From Myxococcota bacterium (GTDB lineage: Bacteria > Myxococcota_A > UBA9042 > PHBI01 > JAWLBL01): DNA of 64,000 nt. Location of the stretch: the NCBI GenBank assembly GCA_041687695.1, contig JAWLBL010000006.1, positions 235,518 to 299,517 on the forward strand, in the 5' to 3' direction. The notes under the pieces were generated by a model. That model was not told the DNA's origin. It ran no database searches and was given only the letters and a program-made list of their open reading frames with translations. Below are positions 28,285-38,215 of this stretch, in pieces. Position numbers and translations under genes: made by a program. Positions within the stretch are counted from its first letter, which is position 1. The number at the start of each line of letters is the position of its first letter.

Positions 28285-29130
28285 TCACCACTTGTAGAAG
28301 CCCTCTCCGGTCTTCTTGCCCAGCCGGCCGGCGCGGACCATCTGCCGCAGCAGGGCAGGGGGGCGGAACTGCTCGCCCAGCTCGGCGTGCAGGTGCTCGG
28401 CGATGCGCAGGCGCGTGTCGAGGCCCACCAGATCGGTCAGCCGCAGCGGCCCCATCGGGTGCCGATAACCCAGCTCCATGGCCCGATCGATGTCCTCGGC
28501 CGTGCCGACCCCGGCCTCCAGCATCCGGATCGCCTCGAGGCCGATGACCAGCCCCAGGCGGCTGGTCGCGAAGCCCGGCGTGTCCTGCACCACGATCATC
28601 TCGCGGCCCATCCGCTCGCCCATCGCCCGCGTCCGCGCGATCGCCTCGTCGCTGGTCTGCACCGCCCGCACCACCTCGAGCAGCTTGACGATGTGCGGCG
28701 GGTTGAAGAAGTGCATCCCGATGACCCGCTCGGGGTGCCGCGTCGCCGCCGCGATCTCGGTCACCGGCAGGCTCGACGTGTTGGTCCCCAGCAGCGCGTC
28801 CGGCCGGCAGCGCTCACCCAGGCGCGAGAACAGCTTCCGCTTGAGCCCGATGTCCTCGCTGACCGCCTCGATGACGATGTCCGCCTCTTCCGACGCCGCG
28901 TCGCTGTCGGTCGACGTCGCGATGCGCTCCAGCGTGGCGGCCCGGTCCTCGGCCGTGACCTTGCCGCGCTCGACGCCCTTGTCCAGGTTGGCCTTGATCG
29001 CCAGCACCGCCGACTCGAGCCGGATGGCGTCCAGATCCGCCAGCGTCACCGCATACCCGGCCGCCGCCGCCACCTGCGCGATGCCGTGGCCCATGACCCC
29101 GGCCCCGATGATCAGCACCTGCTCGCCCAT
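28285..29130 (-). CDS. 3-hydroxyacyl/3-hydroxybutyryl-CoA dehydrogenase
   Basis: GAGVMGHGIA, EAVSE, NTSS, GMHFFNP, PMGPL.L.DLVGLD. Confidence 0.92.
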   Translation of the reverse strand: MGEQVLIIGAGVMGHGIAQVAAAAGYAVTLADLDAIRLESAVLAIKANLDKGVERGKVTAEDRAATLERIATSTDSDAASEEADIVIEAVSEDIGLKRKLFSRLGERCRPDALLGTNTSSLPVTEIAAATRHPERVIGMHFFNPPHIVKLLEVVRAVQTSDEAIARTRAMGERMGREMIVVQDTPGFATSRLGLVIGLEAIRMLEAGVGTAEDIDRAMELGYRHPMGPLRLTDLVGLDTRLRIAEHLHAELGEQFRPPALLRQMVRAGRLGKKTGEGFYKW

Positions 29131-29142
29131 CGCCCTGCCTCC

Positions 29143-29928
29143 TCAGCCCTTGCGTCCGCGCCGCTCGAGGAACGCCGCCATGCGCGCCTCCTTGTCCGGG
29201 TCGTCGTACAGCACCGTCTGCCCCAGCGCCTCCAGCGCCAGCCCGGTCGCCAGGCTGGCCTCTCGGCCCTGGTCGATGGCGATCTTCGCCAGCCGCACCG
29301 CCATCCGGCTCTGCCGCGCCACCGCCTGCGCCAGCTCGCGGGCCTTGTCCAGCACCGCCTCGTCATCGACGACGTGGTTGACCAGCCCCATGGCCCGCGC
29401 CTCTTCGGCGTCGATGATCGCCGCCGTGAAGATGAGCTCCTTGGCCTTGGCCAGGCCGACGATGCGCTGCAGCCGCCAGGTCCCGCCCGCGGCCGGCAGG
29501 ATGCCCAGCCCCACCTCGGGCTGACCCAGCTTCGCCGAGCGCCCCGCGACGCGCAGGTCACAGGCCAGCGCCACCTCGCAGCCGCCGCCCAGCGCGAAGC
29601 CGCGGATGGCCGCGATGGTCGGCACCGGAAAGGCCTCGATCGCGTCGCACAGCTTGGCGTTGTGGCGCAGCAGCGCCTCGGACCCGCGCCGCGCCCGCAG
29701 CTCGGCGATGTCGGCGCCGCTGACGAAGGCCCGGTCACCGGCCCCGGTGAAGATGAGGGCGCGCACGTCCTCGCGCACGGCCAGCGCGTCGAGCGCCGCC
29801 CGGATCTCGAGGTTCATCTCGAGGCTGAGGGCGTTTCGGACCTCGGGCCGGTCGAAGGTGATCGTGGCGACGCCGTCGGCGTCGACCTGGACCTGAATCA
29901 GCGGGCGGTCGTCGATGCGCTCGGTCAT
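29143..29928 (-). CDS. Enoyl-CoA hydratase/isomerase
   Basis: RPEVRNAL, FVSGADI, GGGCEVALACD, PEVGLG. Confidence 0.92.
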   Translation of the reverse strand: MTERIDDRPLIQVQVDADGVATITFDRPEVRNALSLEMNLEIRAALDALAVREDVRALIFTGAGDRAFVSGADIAELRARRGSEALLRHNAKLCDAIEAFPVPTIAAIRGFALGGGCEVALACDLRVAGRSAKLGQPEVGLGILPAAGGTWRLQRIVGLAKAKELIFTAAIIDAEEARAMGLVNHVVDDEAVLDKARELAQAVARQSRMAVRLAKIAIDQGREASLATGLALEALGQTVLYDDPDKEARMAAFLERRGRKG

Positions 29929-29940
29929 GCGTCCGTCACC

Positions 29941-30969
29941 TCAGGGCACCATGATGACCTTGCCGAAGACCTCGCGGCCCTCGAGCGCGGCGTGGCCCTC
30001 GGCGATGCGCTCGAGCGGCAGCACCCGGTCGACCACCGCCTGGAACAGGCCCTGCTCGTACAGCCGCACGAGCTGGTGGTACTCGCCCTTGCTGCCCATG
30101 GTCGAGCCCAGGATCGACTGGCTCTTGAAGAAGAGGTGCCGCAGGTTGATGCGCGCGTCGATGCCCGTGGTCGCCCCGCAGGTCACCAGGCGCCCGCCCC
30201 ACGCGAGGCAGCGCATCGACCTCTCGAAGGTCTCGCCGCCCACGTGCTCGAAGACCACGTCGACGCCCCGCCGGCCGGTCAGCTCCTTGACCCGCGCGAC
30301 GAAGTCCTCGGTCCGGTAGTTGATGACGTGGTGGGCGCCCAGCGCGCGCGCCGCCTCGAGCTTGTCGTCCGAGCCGGCCGTCGTGATGACCTCGGCCCCC
30401 AGGTAGCGCGCGACCTGGATGCCCGCCGCGCCGACCCCGCTGCCGCCGGCCTGCACCAGCACCGTCTCGCCGCCGCGCAGCTCGGCGCGGGCGACCAGCA
30501 TGTGCCAGGCGGTCAGCATCGTCAGCGACAGGGCCGCCGCCTCCTCGTAGGACAGCCGCGCCGGCTTGGCGACCACGTTGGCCCGCGGCACCACGACCAG
30601 CTCGGCCAGCCCGCCCTGGCCGGTCTCGCCCAGGATGCCGTACTTGGAGCACAGGTGGTCGACGCCCGAGACGCACCGCACGCAGTGGCCGCAGCTGACG
30701 CCCGGCAGCACCATCACCGGCGTGCCGACCGCGATGTCGTCCACGCCGGGCCCGACCGCGGCGACGTCGCCGGCGATGTCGGCGCCGGTGATGGCCGGCA
30801 GGTGGAAGGGCGCGCCGGGGACGCCCTTGCGCACCCAGACGTCCAGGTGGTTCAGCGCACAGGCCCGCACCCGGACCTGCACCTCGCCGGGGCCCGGCTG
30901 CGGGTCGGGCACCTCTTCGACCCGCAGGACCTCGGGGCCCCCGTGCTCTCGAACGACGACGGCGCGCAT
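29941..30969 (-). CDS. Zinc-binding MDR-family dehydrogenase/reductase
   Basis: ALNHLD, structural Zn C..C..C.......C, GGSGVG, GSTMG, FGKV. Confidence 0.9.
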   Translation of the reverse strand: MRAVVVREHGGPEVLRVEEVPDPQPGPGEVQVRVRACALNHLDVWVRKGVPGAPFHLPAITGADIAGDVAAVGPGVDDIAVGTPVMVLPGVSCGHCVRCVSGVDHLCSKYGILGETGQGGLAELVVVPRANVVAKPARLSYEEAAALSLTMLTAWHMLVARAELRGGETVLVQAGGSGVGAAGIQVARYLGAEVITTAGSDDKLEAARALGAHHVINYRTEDFVARVKELTGRRGVDVVFEHVGGETFERSMRCLAWGGRLVTCGATTGIDARINLRHLFFKSQSILGSTMGSKGEYHQLVRLYEQGLFQAVVDRVLPLERIAEGHAALEGREVFGKVIMVP

Positions 30970-30984
30970 CGGCTCTCCCTCCGT

Positions 30985-31794
30985 TCAGCGCCCGGTGAAG
31001 GCGGGCTTGCGCTTTTCGGCGTAGGCGGCCAGCCCCTCGGCGGCGTCGGCGCCCACGAACAGCTGCTGCTGGAGCTCGCGCTCGAGGGCGAGGCCTGCCT
31101 CGAGCGACACCTCGGCGCCGGTCTGGCAGGCGCGCTTGATGAGGCCCACGGCCCGCGACGCCCGCTCGGGCGGCACGAACTGGCGTGCGTAGGCCAGCGC
31201 CTCGCGGCGGAAAGCGTCGGCCGTGGGGGCCTCGACGACCTTGTTCACGAGCCCCATCGCGTGGGCCTCGTCGAAGCTCAGGCGCGAGCCCTCGATCATC
31301 AGCTCGATGGCCCGGCTCTTGCCGATGAGGCGCGACAGGCGCTGCGTCCCGCCCGTCCCGGGCAGCACACCCAGCTGCACCTCGGGCAGGCCGACCAGGC
31401 CCCCGGCGCGGCGGCCGATGCGCAGATCACAGGCCAGCGCGACCTCGAGCCCGCCGCCGACCGTGTGACCGTTCAGCGCCGCGATGACCAGCTTGGGCGT
31501 CTGCTCGAGGCGGCTGAGCGTCTCGTTGGCGTGCAGGCAGAAGGCGTACTTGAAGCTGGGGCTCGCGCCGCGAAGCATCGAGATGTCGGCGCCCGCGCAG
31601 AAGAACTTGTCCCCCTCCCCGGCGACGACGATGACGTGCACGTCGTCGTCCATGCGCGCCTTCAGGATCCAGCCGTCCAGCTGGCGCATCATGTCGTACG
31701 AGTAGGTGTTCGCCGGCGGGTTCGACAGCGTCAGGACGGCGACGCCGCCCGAGACCTCGTAGTGGACCAGCTTGCGCTCGTCGGCTGAGCTCAT
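30985..31794 (-). CDS. Enoyl-CoA hydratase/isomerase
   Basis: NPPAN, FFCAGADI, GGGLEVALACD, LPEVQLGVLPGTGGTQRL. Confidence 0.92.
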   Translation of the reverse strand: MSSADERKLVHYEVSGGVAVLTLSNPPANTYSYDMMRQLDGWILKARMDDDVHVIVVAGEGDKFFCAGADISMLRGASPSFKYAFCLHANETLSRLEQTPKLVIAALNGHTVGGGLEVALACDLRIGRRAGGLVGLPEVQLGVLPGTGGTQRLSRLIGKSRAIELMIEGSRLSFDEAHAMGLVNKVVEAPTADAFRREALAYARQFVPPERASRAVGLIKRACQTGAEVSLEAGLALERELQQQLFVGADAAEGLAAYAEKRKPAFTGR

Positions 31795-31953
31795 GGCGGG
31801 CTCCTCGGCAGGGGGGGATCGGCGGTTGGCTTCGGCAAGGCTCCGATCCCATGCGCGCCTTCCGGTGTCAACCGATCATGCCTCGGCGTAGGGTAGGGCG
31901 GTCCGAGCCCCCGTCTGGACCTCGCGCGGCGCCTTCGGTTAGGCTCCGCCCCG

Positions 31954-32262
31954 ATGCAGGTCCTGCTCCCAGCGCTCTCGGCGATCGTCCCCGGCCTCGG
32001 CCAGCTCCTGCGCGGGCGCGTGTCCGACGGGCTGCTGTTCCTGTTCTTCGCGCTGTGGCTGCGGGTCACGCTGGGCGGCCTCGCCTGGACGGCCGGCGTC
32101 GGCGATCGCCTGCTCGACGTCGCGCTGTGGGGCTTCCCGGCGCTGCCGGCCGGCCAGCGGGTCCCGCTGTCGGTCCTGGCGACCGTGATGGCGGTCGTGG
32201 TCCACGCCTGGGCGGCCCTGGACGCGCGCCGCCCCCGCGCGCCTCGTCCCGCCGCGACCTGA
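31954..32262 (+). CDS. Small membrane protein
   Basis: LSAIVPGLGQL motif followed by TM segments. Confidence 0.55.
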   Translation: MQVLLPALSAIVPGLGQLLRGRVSDGLLFLFFALWLRVTLGGLAWTAGVGDRLLDVALWGFPALPAGQRVPLSVLATVMAVVVHAWAALDARRPRAPRPAAT

Positions 32263-32521
32263 GCCTTCCCGGGCGTCGCGCGACGACCTCGACCCGCGAG
32301 GAGCGCCGTCAGGTGCTCGCGCCCCCACGCTGGCCCGCGTAGGCCGCCGTCAGCCGTTCGCGCATGCGCAGCGGCCAGCTCCGAGCGTCGTCAGCCGCTC
32401 ATGCACGCGCTTCGGCCCGCGTACGGCGTGTCAGGTGCTCGCGCGCGTACGTCGGGCCGCGCAGGGCGCCGTCAGGTGCGCGTGCGCGCGGCGCGTCGGA
32501 TCGCGGGACGGGGGAGCAACC

Positions 32522-32551
32522 GGCGAAACGCGCCCTGGAGCGCGTTTCGCC
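32522..32551 (-). terminator. Stem-loop just downstream of the 6S RNA
   Basis: GGCGAAACGCGC-cctgga-GCGCGTTTCGCC perfect 12-bp stem. Confidence 0.6.
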
Positions 32552-32561
32552 AGTGACAGCA

Positions 32562-32745
32562 AGGATTCGGGCTGGCACCGGCCGTCAATCTAAACCCAGG
32601 CACCTTGTAGGTGGGCTCCATGGTCGTCTGCTTCAGGCTTCCTGCCGGAACGGAAGGCGTGCACACCACAGACAGGAACGGATCCCGGGTATAGAAGCAT
32701 AGGAATAGATTTTGTGGCTCGGTGGAACCAACCCTTCAGAATCAC
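32562..32745 (-). ncRNA. ssrS: 6S RNA
   Basis: About 184 nt; ends pair (GATTC/GAATC, GGGTTGG/CCAGCCC, CACCG/CGGTG); AU-rich central bubble; GTGTGCACG..AAGCCTGAAG..CCCACC elements as I recall them from delta-proteobacterial 6S. Confidence 0.75.
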
Positions 32746-32875
32746 TCACCGTTCGAGACGGTAACACGCTCCGGGGGGCAAGTCGATTCCCAGACGCCAA
32801 CGAAGGGCGCGATTCCGGTCGGCTGCCGCTGGGCAGGCGCGACGAGGCGGGACCGGCGCGGAGCGAGGACGGGCC

Positions 32876-32978
32876 TTCGAAACGCGAAAGGGCCCCGAAG
32901 GGCCCTGACGATGTCGGTCGGCGCCGGTGAGCGACCGAGGTTCGAAACACGAAGGGGCCCCGAAGGGCCCCGACGTTG
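32876..32978 (-). repeat. Two 38-nt copies of a UUCG-tetraloop hairpin in the tRNA trailer
   Basis: 32876-32913 vs 32941-32978, 34/38 identical. Confidence 0.7.
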
Positions 32979-33064
32979 GTGCGAAAGGGGGGACTTGAAC
33001 CCCCACGAGCGTATTGCTCACTAGAACCTGAATCTAGCGCGTCTACCAATTCCGCCACTTTCGC
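32977..33064 (-). tRNA. tRNA-Leu(CAG), CCA encoded
   Basis: GCGAAAG acceptor, GGCGGAATTGGTAGACGC D-arm, CTAGA-TTCAGGT-TCTAG anticodon arm, long variable arm, GGTTCAAGTCC, ACCA. Confidence 0.95.
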
Positions 33065-33155
33065 GTAGCGCCCGCTCCGGCCGAGCGGTGACGGCTTAAT
33101 AGGGCCATCACCGTCGGCCGTCAAGAGGGAAAGTGCATCGAACTCACTGGGGGGC

Positions 33156-36100
33156 TCAGTTGGTGCACCCGAAGATGAACTCGTGCTCGCACGACGTGCC
33201 GTTGATGCAGATGTCGTTGGTGCACGGGTCGCCGTCGTCGCAGCCGAAGTCGTTGGCCTCGCACTTGCCCGTCGCCAGGTCGCAGGTGACGCCCACGCAG
33301 GGCGAGCCCGTCGTGTTCACGCACTGGGCGTCCGAGGTGCACGACTGGTTGCAGATCGTCGTGTTGAAGTGGTCGCAGCCGTTCGCGTCGCAGCCGTCGA
33401 CCGTGCAGGGGTCGTCGTCGTCGCAGTCGGTCGGGATGGCGACGCAGGACTTCGAGATCGGACCGCAGACGTAGGTGTTGCACGGGTCGTTCTGCGGGCA
33501 GCCGATGGCCGGCGGCTCGCAGGGGATGCCGCAGCTCAGGACCGGGATGCTGATGCAGCCCAGGGCCGGGTCGCACACGTCGAAGGTGCACGGGTCGCCG
33601 TCGTCGCACGGCACCGGCGCCTGCTGACACTTGGCGGTCGCGCCCTGCTGCACGCAGCTGTCGATCGTGCAGTCGTTGGCGTCGTCGCAGTCGCTCAGCT
33701 TGGTGCAGGTCGCGCCGCAGGTCGACAGCGCCAGGTTCTGGCAGCCCGTCCCCGGCTTGCAGTAGTCGTAGGTACACGGCTGGCCGTCGCCGCAGGTCTT
33801 CATCGTGTACGTGCACGCGCCGTCCTCGGGGTCGCACAGGTCGTTCGTGCAGGGCTCGCCGTCGTCGCAGCGCGGCGTGTGGACGCAGCCGCCGATGGAG
33901 TTGCAGAAGTCGTCCGTGCACGGGTTGCCGTCGTCACAGTCGACGCCGCCGTTGATCTGGCAGCCGTTGTTCTTGTCGCAGGTCGCGTCGATGCAGTCGT
34001 TGCCGCCCGTGCAGTCGACGGGCGCATGGGTGCAGGCCCCGGTGTCGGGATCGCAGCTGTCCATCGTGCAGGCGTTCTTGTCGTCGCAGTCGACGGGCTT
34101 CACCTCGCACTGGCCGGTGGCGAGGCTGCACGAGTTCGGGTAGCACTTGTCCTGCGAGGGGCACTCGAGCGGCGCGAACGTGCACTGGCCGGTGGTCGGG
34201 TCGCAGGTGCCCTGGCTGCACTTGTTGGGGCCGACGCAGACCTTGGGGGCGTAGTTGCACCCGGTGGCCGGCTGGCAGGTGTCGACCGTGCACGGGTTGT
34301 CGTCGCTCGGGCAGGTCAGCGGCGTGAAGGTGCACTTGCCCGTGTCGGGGTTGCACTCGTCGGTGGTGCAGGCGTTGTTGTCGTTGCAGGTCGGCTTGCT
34401 GAAGACGCAGATGCCCAGGGTCGGGTCGCAGACGTCGACCGTGCACAGGTTGCCGTCATCGCAGTCGTCGCTGGTCGCGCAGACCGTGAAGCACCCCTCG
34501 ACCTGCAGGGCCGTGTGCTTGCAGGTCCCGGTCTCGGCGTCGCAGCTGTCCGCGGTGCAGTCGTCGCCGTCGTCGCACGGGTTCTGCTCGTGCACGCAGC
34601 CAGAGCCGACCTGGCAGCTGTCGACGGTGCACTCGTCGCCGTCGTCGCAGTCGGAGGCGGGCCGGGGCGTGTAGACGCACTCGCCGGTCTCCGGGTCGCA
34701 GGCGTCGATGGTGCACTCGTTCGAGTCGTCGCACGTCTCGGTGACGTGGGTGCACGACGGCTTGGTGGGATCCTCGGGATCCGGGACGCCGGGGTTGCAC
34801 AGGTCGACCGTGCAGGGGTTGCCGTCGTCGCACGCCTGCAGCTGCTCGCAGGTGCCGGTCGCGCTGACGCAGACCGACGCGAAGCACGGGTCGGTCGACT
34901 CGCAGACGACCGGCTTGTGGGCGCACTGGCCGCTGGCCAGGTCACACGAGTCGATGGTGCAGGGGTCGCCGTCGTCGCAGTCCTTGTCCGCCGTCGTGCA
35001 GATGCCCGTCGTGGGGTTGCAGGCCTCCACCGTGCACTCGCTGGCGTCCTCGCACTTGTTGGTGAAGACGCAGCCGGTCTGCGCGTTGCACAGGTCGTTG
35101 GTGCAGATGTCGTCGTCGTCGCAGACGACCGGCTCGTGCGAGCAGGCGCCGGTGACCGGGTCGCACAGGTCGGTGGTGCAGGCGTTCGAGTCGTCGCAGG
35201 CGCTCTGGGTCATGCACCCCTGGACCGCGTCGCACCCGACGATGGTGCAGGTGTTGCCCTCGCCGCAGTCGATGTCCTGGTAGTCGCACTGCCCGTCGGA
35301 CGGGTCGCAGACCTCGGTCGTGCACGAGTTGTTGTCGTCGCAGGTGCGCGGCGTGAACGTGCAGCCCGTCTCCGGGTTGCAGCTGTCGATGGTGCACAGG
35401 TCGTCGTCGTCGCAGGTGATGAACGCGTGGACGCAGCCCAGGCTGGGCACGCAGGTGTCGGTGGTGCAGGCGTTGCCGTCGTCGCAGGCGATGGCTTCGT
35501 TCACGCACTCGCCGGTCACCGGGTTGCAGGCGTCGGTCGTGCACAGCGTGCCGTCGGCGCAGTCCTTGCCGACGTACACGCAGTCACCCGTCGCCGGGTC
35601 GCAGGTGTCTTCGGTGCAGGCGTCCGAGTCGTTGCAGTCGATGCCGTCGAACGAGCAGTTGCCGGTCTCGGGGTTGCAGGTGTCGATGGTGCAGGGGTTG
35701 TCGTCCTGGCACTCGATGAACTCGTTGACGCAGCCGGCCGCCGTGCAGGTGTCGGTCGTGCACGGGTTGCCGTCGTCGCAGTCGCTGCCGGTGAACACGC
35801 AGCCGACCGCCGGGTCGCAGGTGTCGACCGTGCACGGGTTGAAGTCGTTGCAGGTCACCGGGCTGCCGCAGCCGACGTCGGGGATGCAGGTGTCGAGCGT
35901 GCAGGCGTCGCCGTCGTCGGGGCAGACCACGGCCGGGTACTCGTCCGGGCACTCCCACGAGCCGTCGCCGACCTCGGTGCAGCCGTCGACGGTGCACGGG
36001 TCGTCGTCCGCGCAGGGGTTCGTGTAGACGCACTCGCCGGTCTCGGTGTCGCACAGGTCGAGGGTGCAGGCGCTATCGTCCGAGCAGTCCTTGGCGACGT

Positions 36101-38006
36101 GCGTGCAGACGCCGGTCGCCGGGTCGCAGCTGTCGATGGTGCAGGGGTTGCCGTCGTCGCAGGTGGCGCCGTCGTGGCTGCAGCCCGTGACCGGGTCGCA
36201 CACGTCGGTCGTGCAGAAGTCGCCGTCGTCGCAGACGGTCGGCTGGTTCTTGCAGCCCTGGAAGGGCGAGCAGGTGTCGGTCGTGCAGACGTCGCCGTCG
36301 TCGCAGTCGGTGGGCGTGTCGAAGACGCAGTCGCCCGTCTCGAGCGCGCACTCGTTCTCGGTGCACAGGTCGCCGTCGTCGCACGAGGCCGCGGTCGAGG
36401 TGCAGGCCCCGGAGCCGGGGGTGCAGGCGTCGACGGTGCACAGGCTGCCGTCCGAGCAGTCCTTGGGCTTGATGCTGCAGCCGCCCACCTGCGGGTCGCA
36501 GTAGTCGGTGGTGCAGGGGTTGCCGTCGTTGCACTGGGGCGCGAGGTGGACGCAGGCGCCGGTGAGGTCGTAGCAGGCGTCGGCCGTGCAGGGGTTGCCG
36601 TCGTCGCAGTTCTTGGGCTTGCTCGTGCACAGCCCCGTGATGGGGTCGACGAAGTCGGTCGTGCAGGGGTCGCCGTCGTCGCAGTTGACCAGCTTGCAGG
36701 TGCAGGAGCCGTCGAAGCTGTTGCAGAAGCAGGTGGTGTTCACGTCGCCGTCGTCGCAGGTCACGGTCGCGTGCTGGCAGCCGGTCACCGGGTTGCAGCT
36801 GTCGGTCGTGCAGGGGTTCAGGTCCTCGCAGGTCTTCGGGGTGAAGACGCAGCCGCCCTTGGCCGGGTCGCAGGTGCCGATCTCACAGGGGTTGCCGCTG
36901 TCGCACTGGAGCAGGCTGTGCGAGCACTCGCCGGTCGCCGTGTTGCAGCTGTCGAAGGTGCAGGGGTTCTGGTCGTTGCAGTCGCCGACGAACTGGCACT
37001 TCTTCTTGCACTGTTCCGGCTCGGTGGTCGGCGTGTGCTTGCAGCCGGTGACCGGGTCGCAGGTGTCGATGGTGCACGGGTTGTTGTCGTTGCAGGCCAG
37101 GCTGGCCGTGAAGACGCAGGTCAGGGTGTCCTGGTTGCAGGAGTCGTTGGTGCAGACGCTGTTGTCGTCGCACTGCTCGTCGATGAAGCAGCTGGTGCAG
37201 TCGTCGATGGGCTCGAAGACGCAGGGGTTCTGCGGGTCGGCGGCCAGCGGATCGCAGTACTGAGTCGTGCAGGCGTCCAGGTCGTCGCAGTTGAAGGGCG
37301 TGTAGACGCAGGGGCTGGCGGGGTTCGGCGCGTTGTTGTCGCAGTACTCGACCGTGCAGGGGTTGCCGTCGTCACAGACCACGCCGTCGCAGGGCTTGGG
37401 CGGCGCGCAGCCGGGCAGGGCGGTGTTCGTGGGGTTGAGGCAGCCGGCGCCGTTGACGCAGTAGTCGTCGGTGCAGGGGTCCTCGTCGACGCAGTTGGCC
37501 TGGCTGAAGCAGTCCTCGGAGCCGGCCGGGCAATCGTCGTTGGACAGGCAGACGATGGGCGGGTCCACCGGGCCCTCGTCCTGCTCGACGTCCGCGTCGG
37601 CGTCCGGGGTCGAGGTGCCGTCGTCCGAGCCCTCGTCGGGGACGATGTCGGCGTCCGTCACGTCGGCGTCCTCGAGCGAGACGTCGACGTCGGCCACGTC
37701 GGGGTCGACGTCCGGGACGTCGCTCGTGTCGGGCAGCACGTCCGCGTCGCCCGGGTCGACGTCCGGCACGTCCGGGGTCACGTCGGGGCCGAGATCACCG
37801 GGATCGGCGTCGGGCGTGTCGTCGCCGCCCTCGTCGCGATCGGTCACGTCGCCGCCGGCGTCGTTCTTGGTGTCGGGCGAGACGTCGAGGTCCGGCACGT
37901 CCACCCCGGGCGTCGTGCCTGGCTCCGTCGTGCAACCTGCGAGCGAGGTGAAGATCGCGAGCGCGCTCGCGGCGACGATCGAAGCGGTTCCCTGTCTGAA
38001 CAACAT
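33156..38006 (-). CDS. Giant (1616 aa) Cys-rich repeat lipoprotein with dozens of CDDGNPCTxDxC units
   Basis: GGAGG RBS, LAGC lipobox, acidic linker, then ~24-aa repeats resembling Dictyostelium CTDC repeats. Confidence 0.85.
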   Translation of the reverse strand: MLFRQGTASIVAASALAIFTSLAGCTTEPGTTPGVDVPDLDVSPDTKNDAGGDVTDRDEGGDDTPDADPGDLGPDVTPDVPDVDPGDADVLPDTSDVPDVDPDVADVDVSLEDADVTDADIVPDEGSDDGTSTPDADADVEQDEGPVDPPIVCLSNDDCPAGSEDCFSQANCVDEDPCTDDYCVNGAGCLNPTNTALPGCAPPKPCDGVVCDDGNPCTVEYCDNNAPNPASPCVYTPFNCDDLDACTTQYCDPLAADPQNPCVFEPIDDCTSCFIDEQCDDNSVCTNDSCNQDTLTCVFTASLACNDNNPCTIDTCDPVTGCKHTPTTEPEQCKKKCQFVGDCNDQNPCTFDSCNTATGECSHSLLQCDSGNPCEIGTCDPAKGGCVFTPKTCEDLNPCTTDSCNPVTGCQHATVTCDDGDVNTTCFCNSFDGSCTCKLVNCDDGDPCTTDFVDPITGLCTSKPKNCDDGNPCTADACYDLTGACVHLAPQCNDGNPCTTDYCDPQVGGCSIKPKDCSDGSLCTVDACTPGSGACTSTAASCDDGDLCTENECALETGDCVFDTPTDCDDGDVCTTDTCSPFQGCKNQPTVCDDGDFCTTDVCDPVTGCSHDGATCDDGNPCTIDSCDPATGVCTHVAKDCSDDSACTLDLCDTETGECVYTNPCADDDPCTVDGCTEVGDGSWECPDEYPAVVCPDDGDACTLDTCIPDVGCGSPVTCNDFNPCTVDTCDPAVGCVFTGSDCDDGNPCTTDTCTAAGCVNEFIECQDDNPCTIDTCNPETGNCSFDGIDCNDSDACTEDTCDPATGDCVYVGKDCADGTLCTTDACNPVTGECVNEAIACDDGNACTTDTCVPSLGCVHAFITCDDDDLCTIDSCNPETGCTFTPRTCDDNNSCTTEVCDPSDGQCDYQDIDCGEGNTCTIVGCDAVQGCMTQSACDDSNACTTDLCDPVTGACSHEPVVCDDDDICTNDLCNAQTGCVFTNKCEDASECTVEACNPTTGICTTADKDCDDGDPCTIDSCDLASGQCAHKPVVCESTDPCFASVCVSATGTCEQLQACDDGNPCTVDLCNPGVPDPEDPTKPSCTHVTETCDDSNECTIDACDPETGECVYTPRPASDCDDGDECTVDSCQVGSGCVHEQNPCDDGDDCTADSCDAETGTCKHTALQVEGCFTVCATSDDCDDGNLCTVDVCDPTLGICVFSKPTCNDNNACTTDECNPDTGKCTFTPLTCPSDDNPCTVDTCQPATGCNYAPKVCVGPNKCSQGTCDPTTGQCTFAPLECPSQDKCYPNSCSLATGQCEVKPVDCDDKNACTMDSCDPDTGACTHAPVDCTGGNDCIDATCDKNNGCQINGGVDCDDGNPCTDDFCNSIGGCVHTPRCDDGEPCTNDLCDPEDGACTYTMKTCGDGQPCTYDYCKPGTGCQNLALSTCGATCTKLSDCDDANDCTIDSCVQQGATAKCQQAPVPCDDGDPCTFDVCDPALGCISIPVLSCGIPCEPPAIGCPQNDPCNTYVCGPISKSCVAIPTDCDDDDPCTVDGCDANGCDHFNTTICNQSCTSDAQCVNTTGSPCVGVTCDLATGKCEANDFGCDDGDPCTNDICINGTSCEHEFIFGCTN

Positions 38007-38215
38007 ACGGCCTCCCCCCCGGGACACGGCGGACCCTCGACACTGCTGGCCCACGGCTGGCGCACACCATAGCCGTGACGCCGCGCTCGCCGCAACCGGT
38101 CTGCCGAGCCGACCCGGACGCGGCGAAACCCGCGGGGAACCGACCAGACCCACGGGCCGCTCCTTGACACGCGCCCGTGCCCGACGTTGCCTTGCCGCCG
38201 GAGGTCGCGCCGCAC

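Noticed and set aside
33183..38072. 1629-aa plus-strand ORF and other long antisense ORFs (e.g. 57123-61871, 46592-50281, 28387-31788)
   Set aside because: Shadow frames of real high-GC genes on the opposite strand, with no motifs
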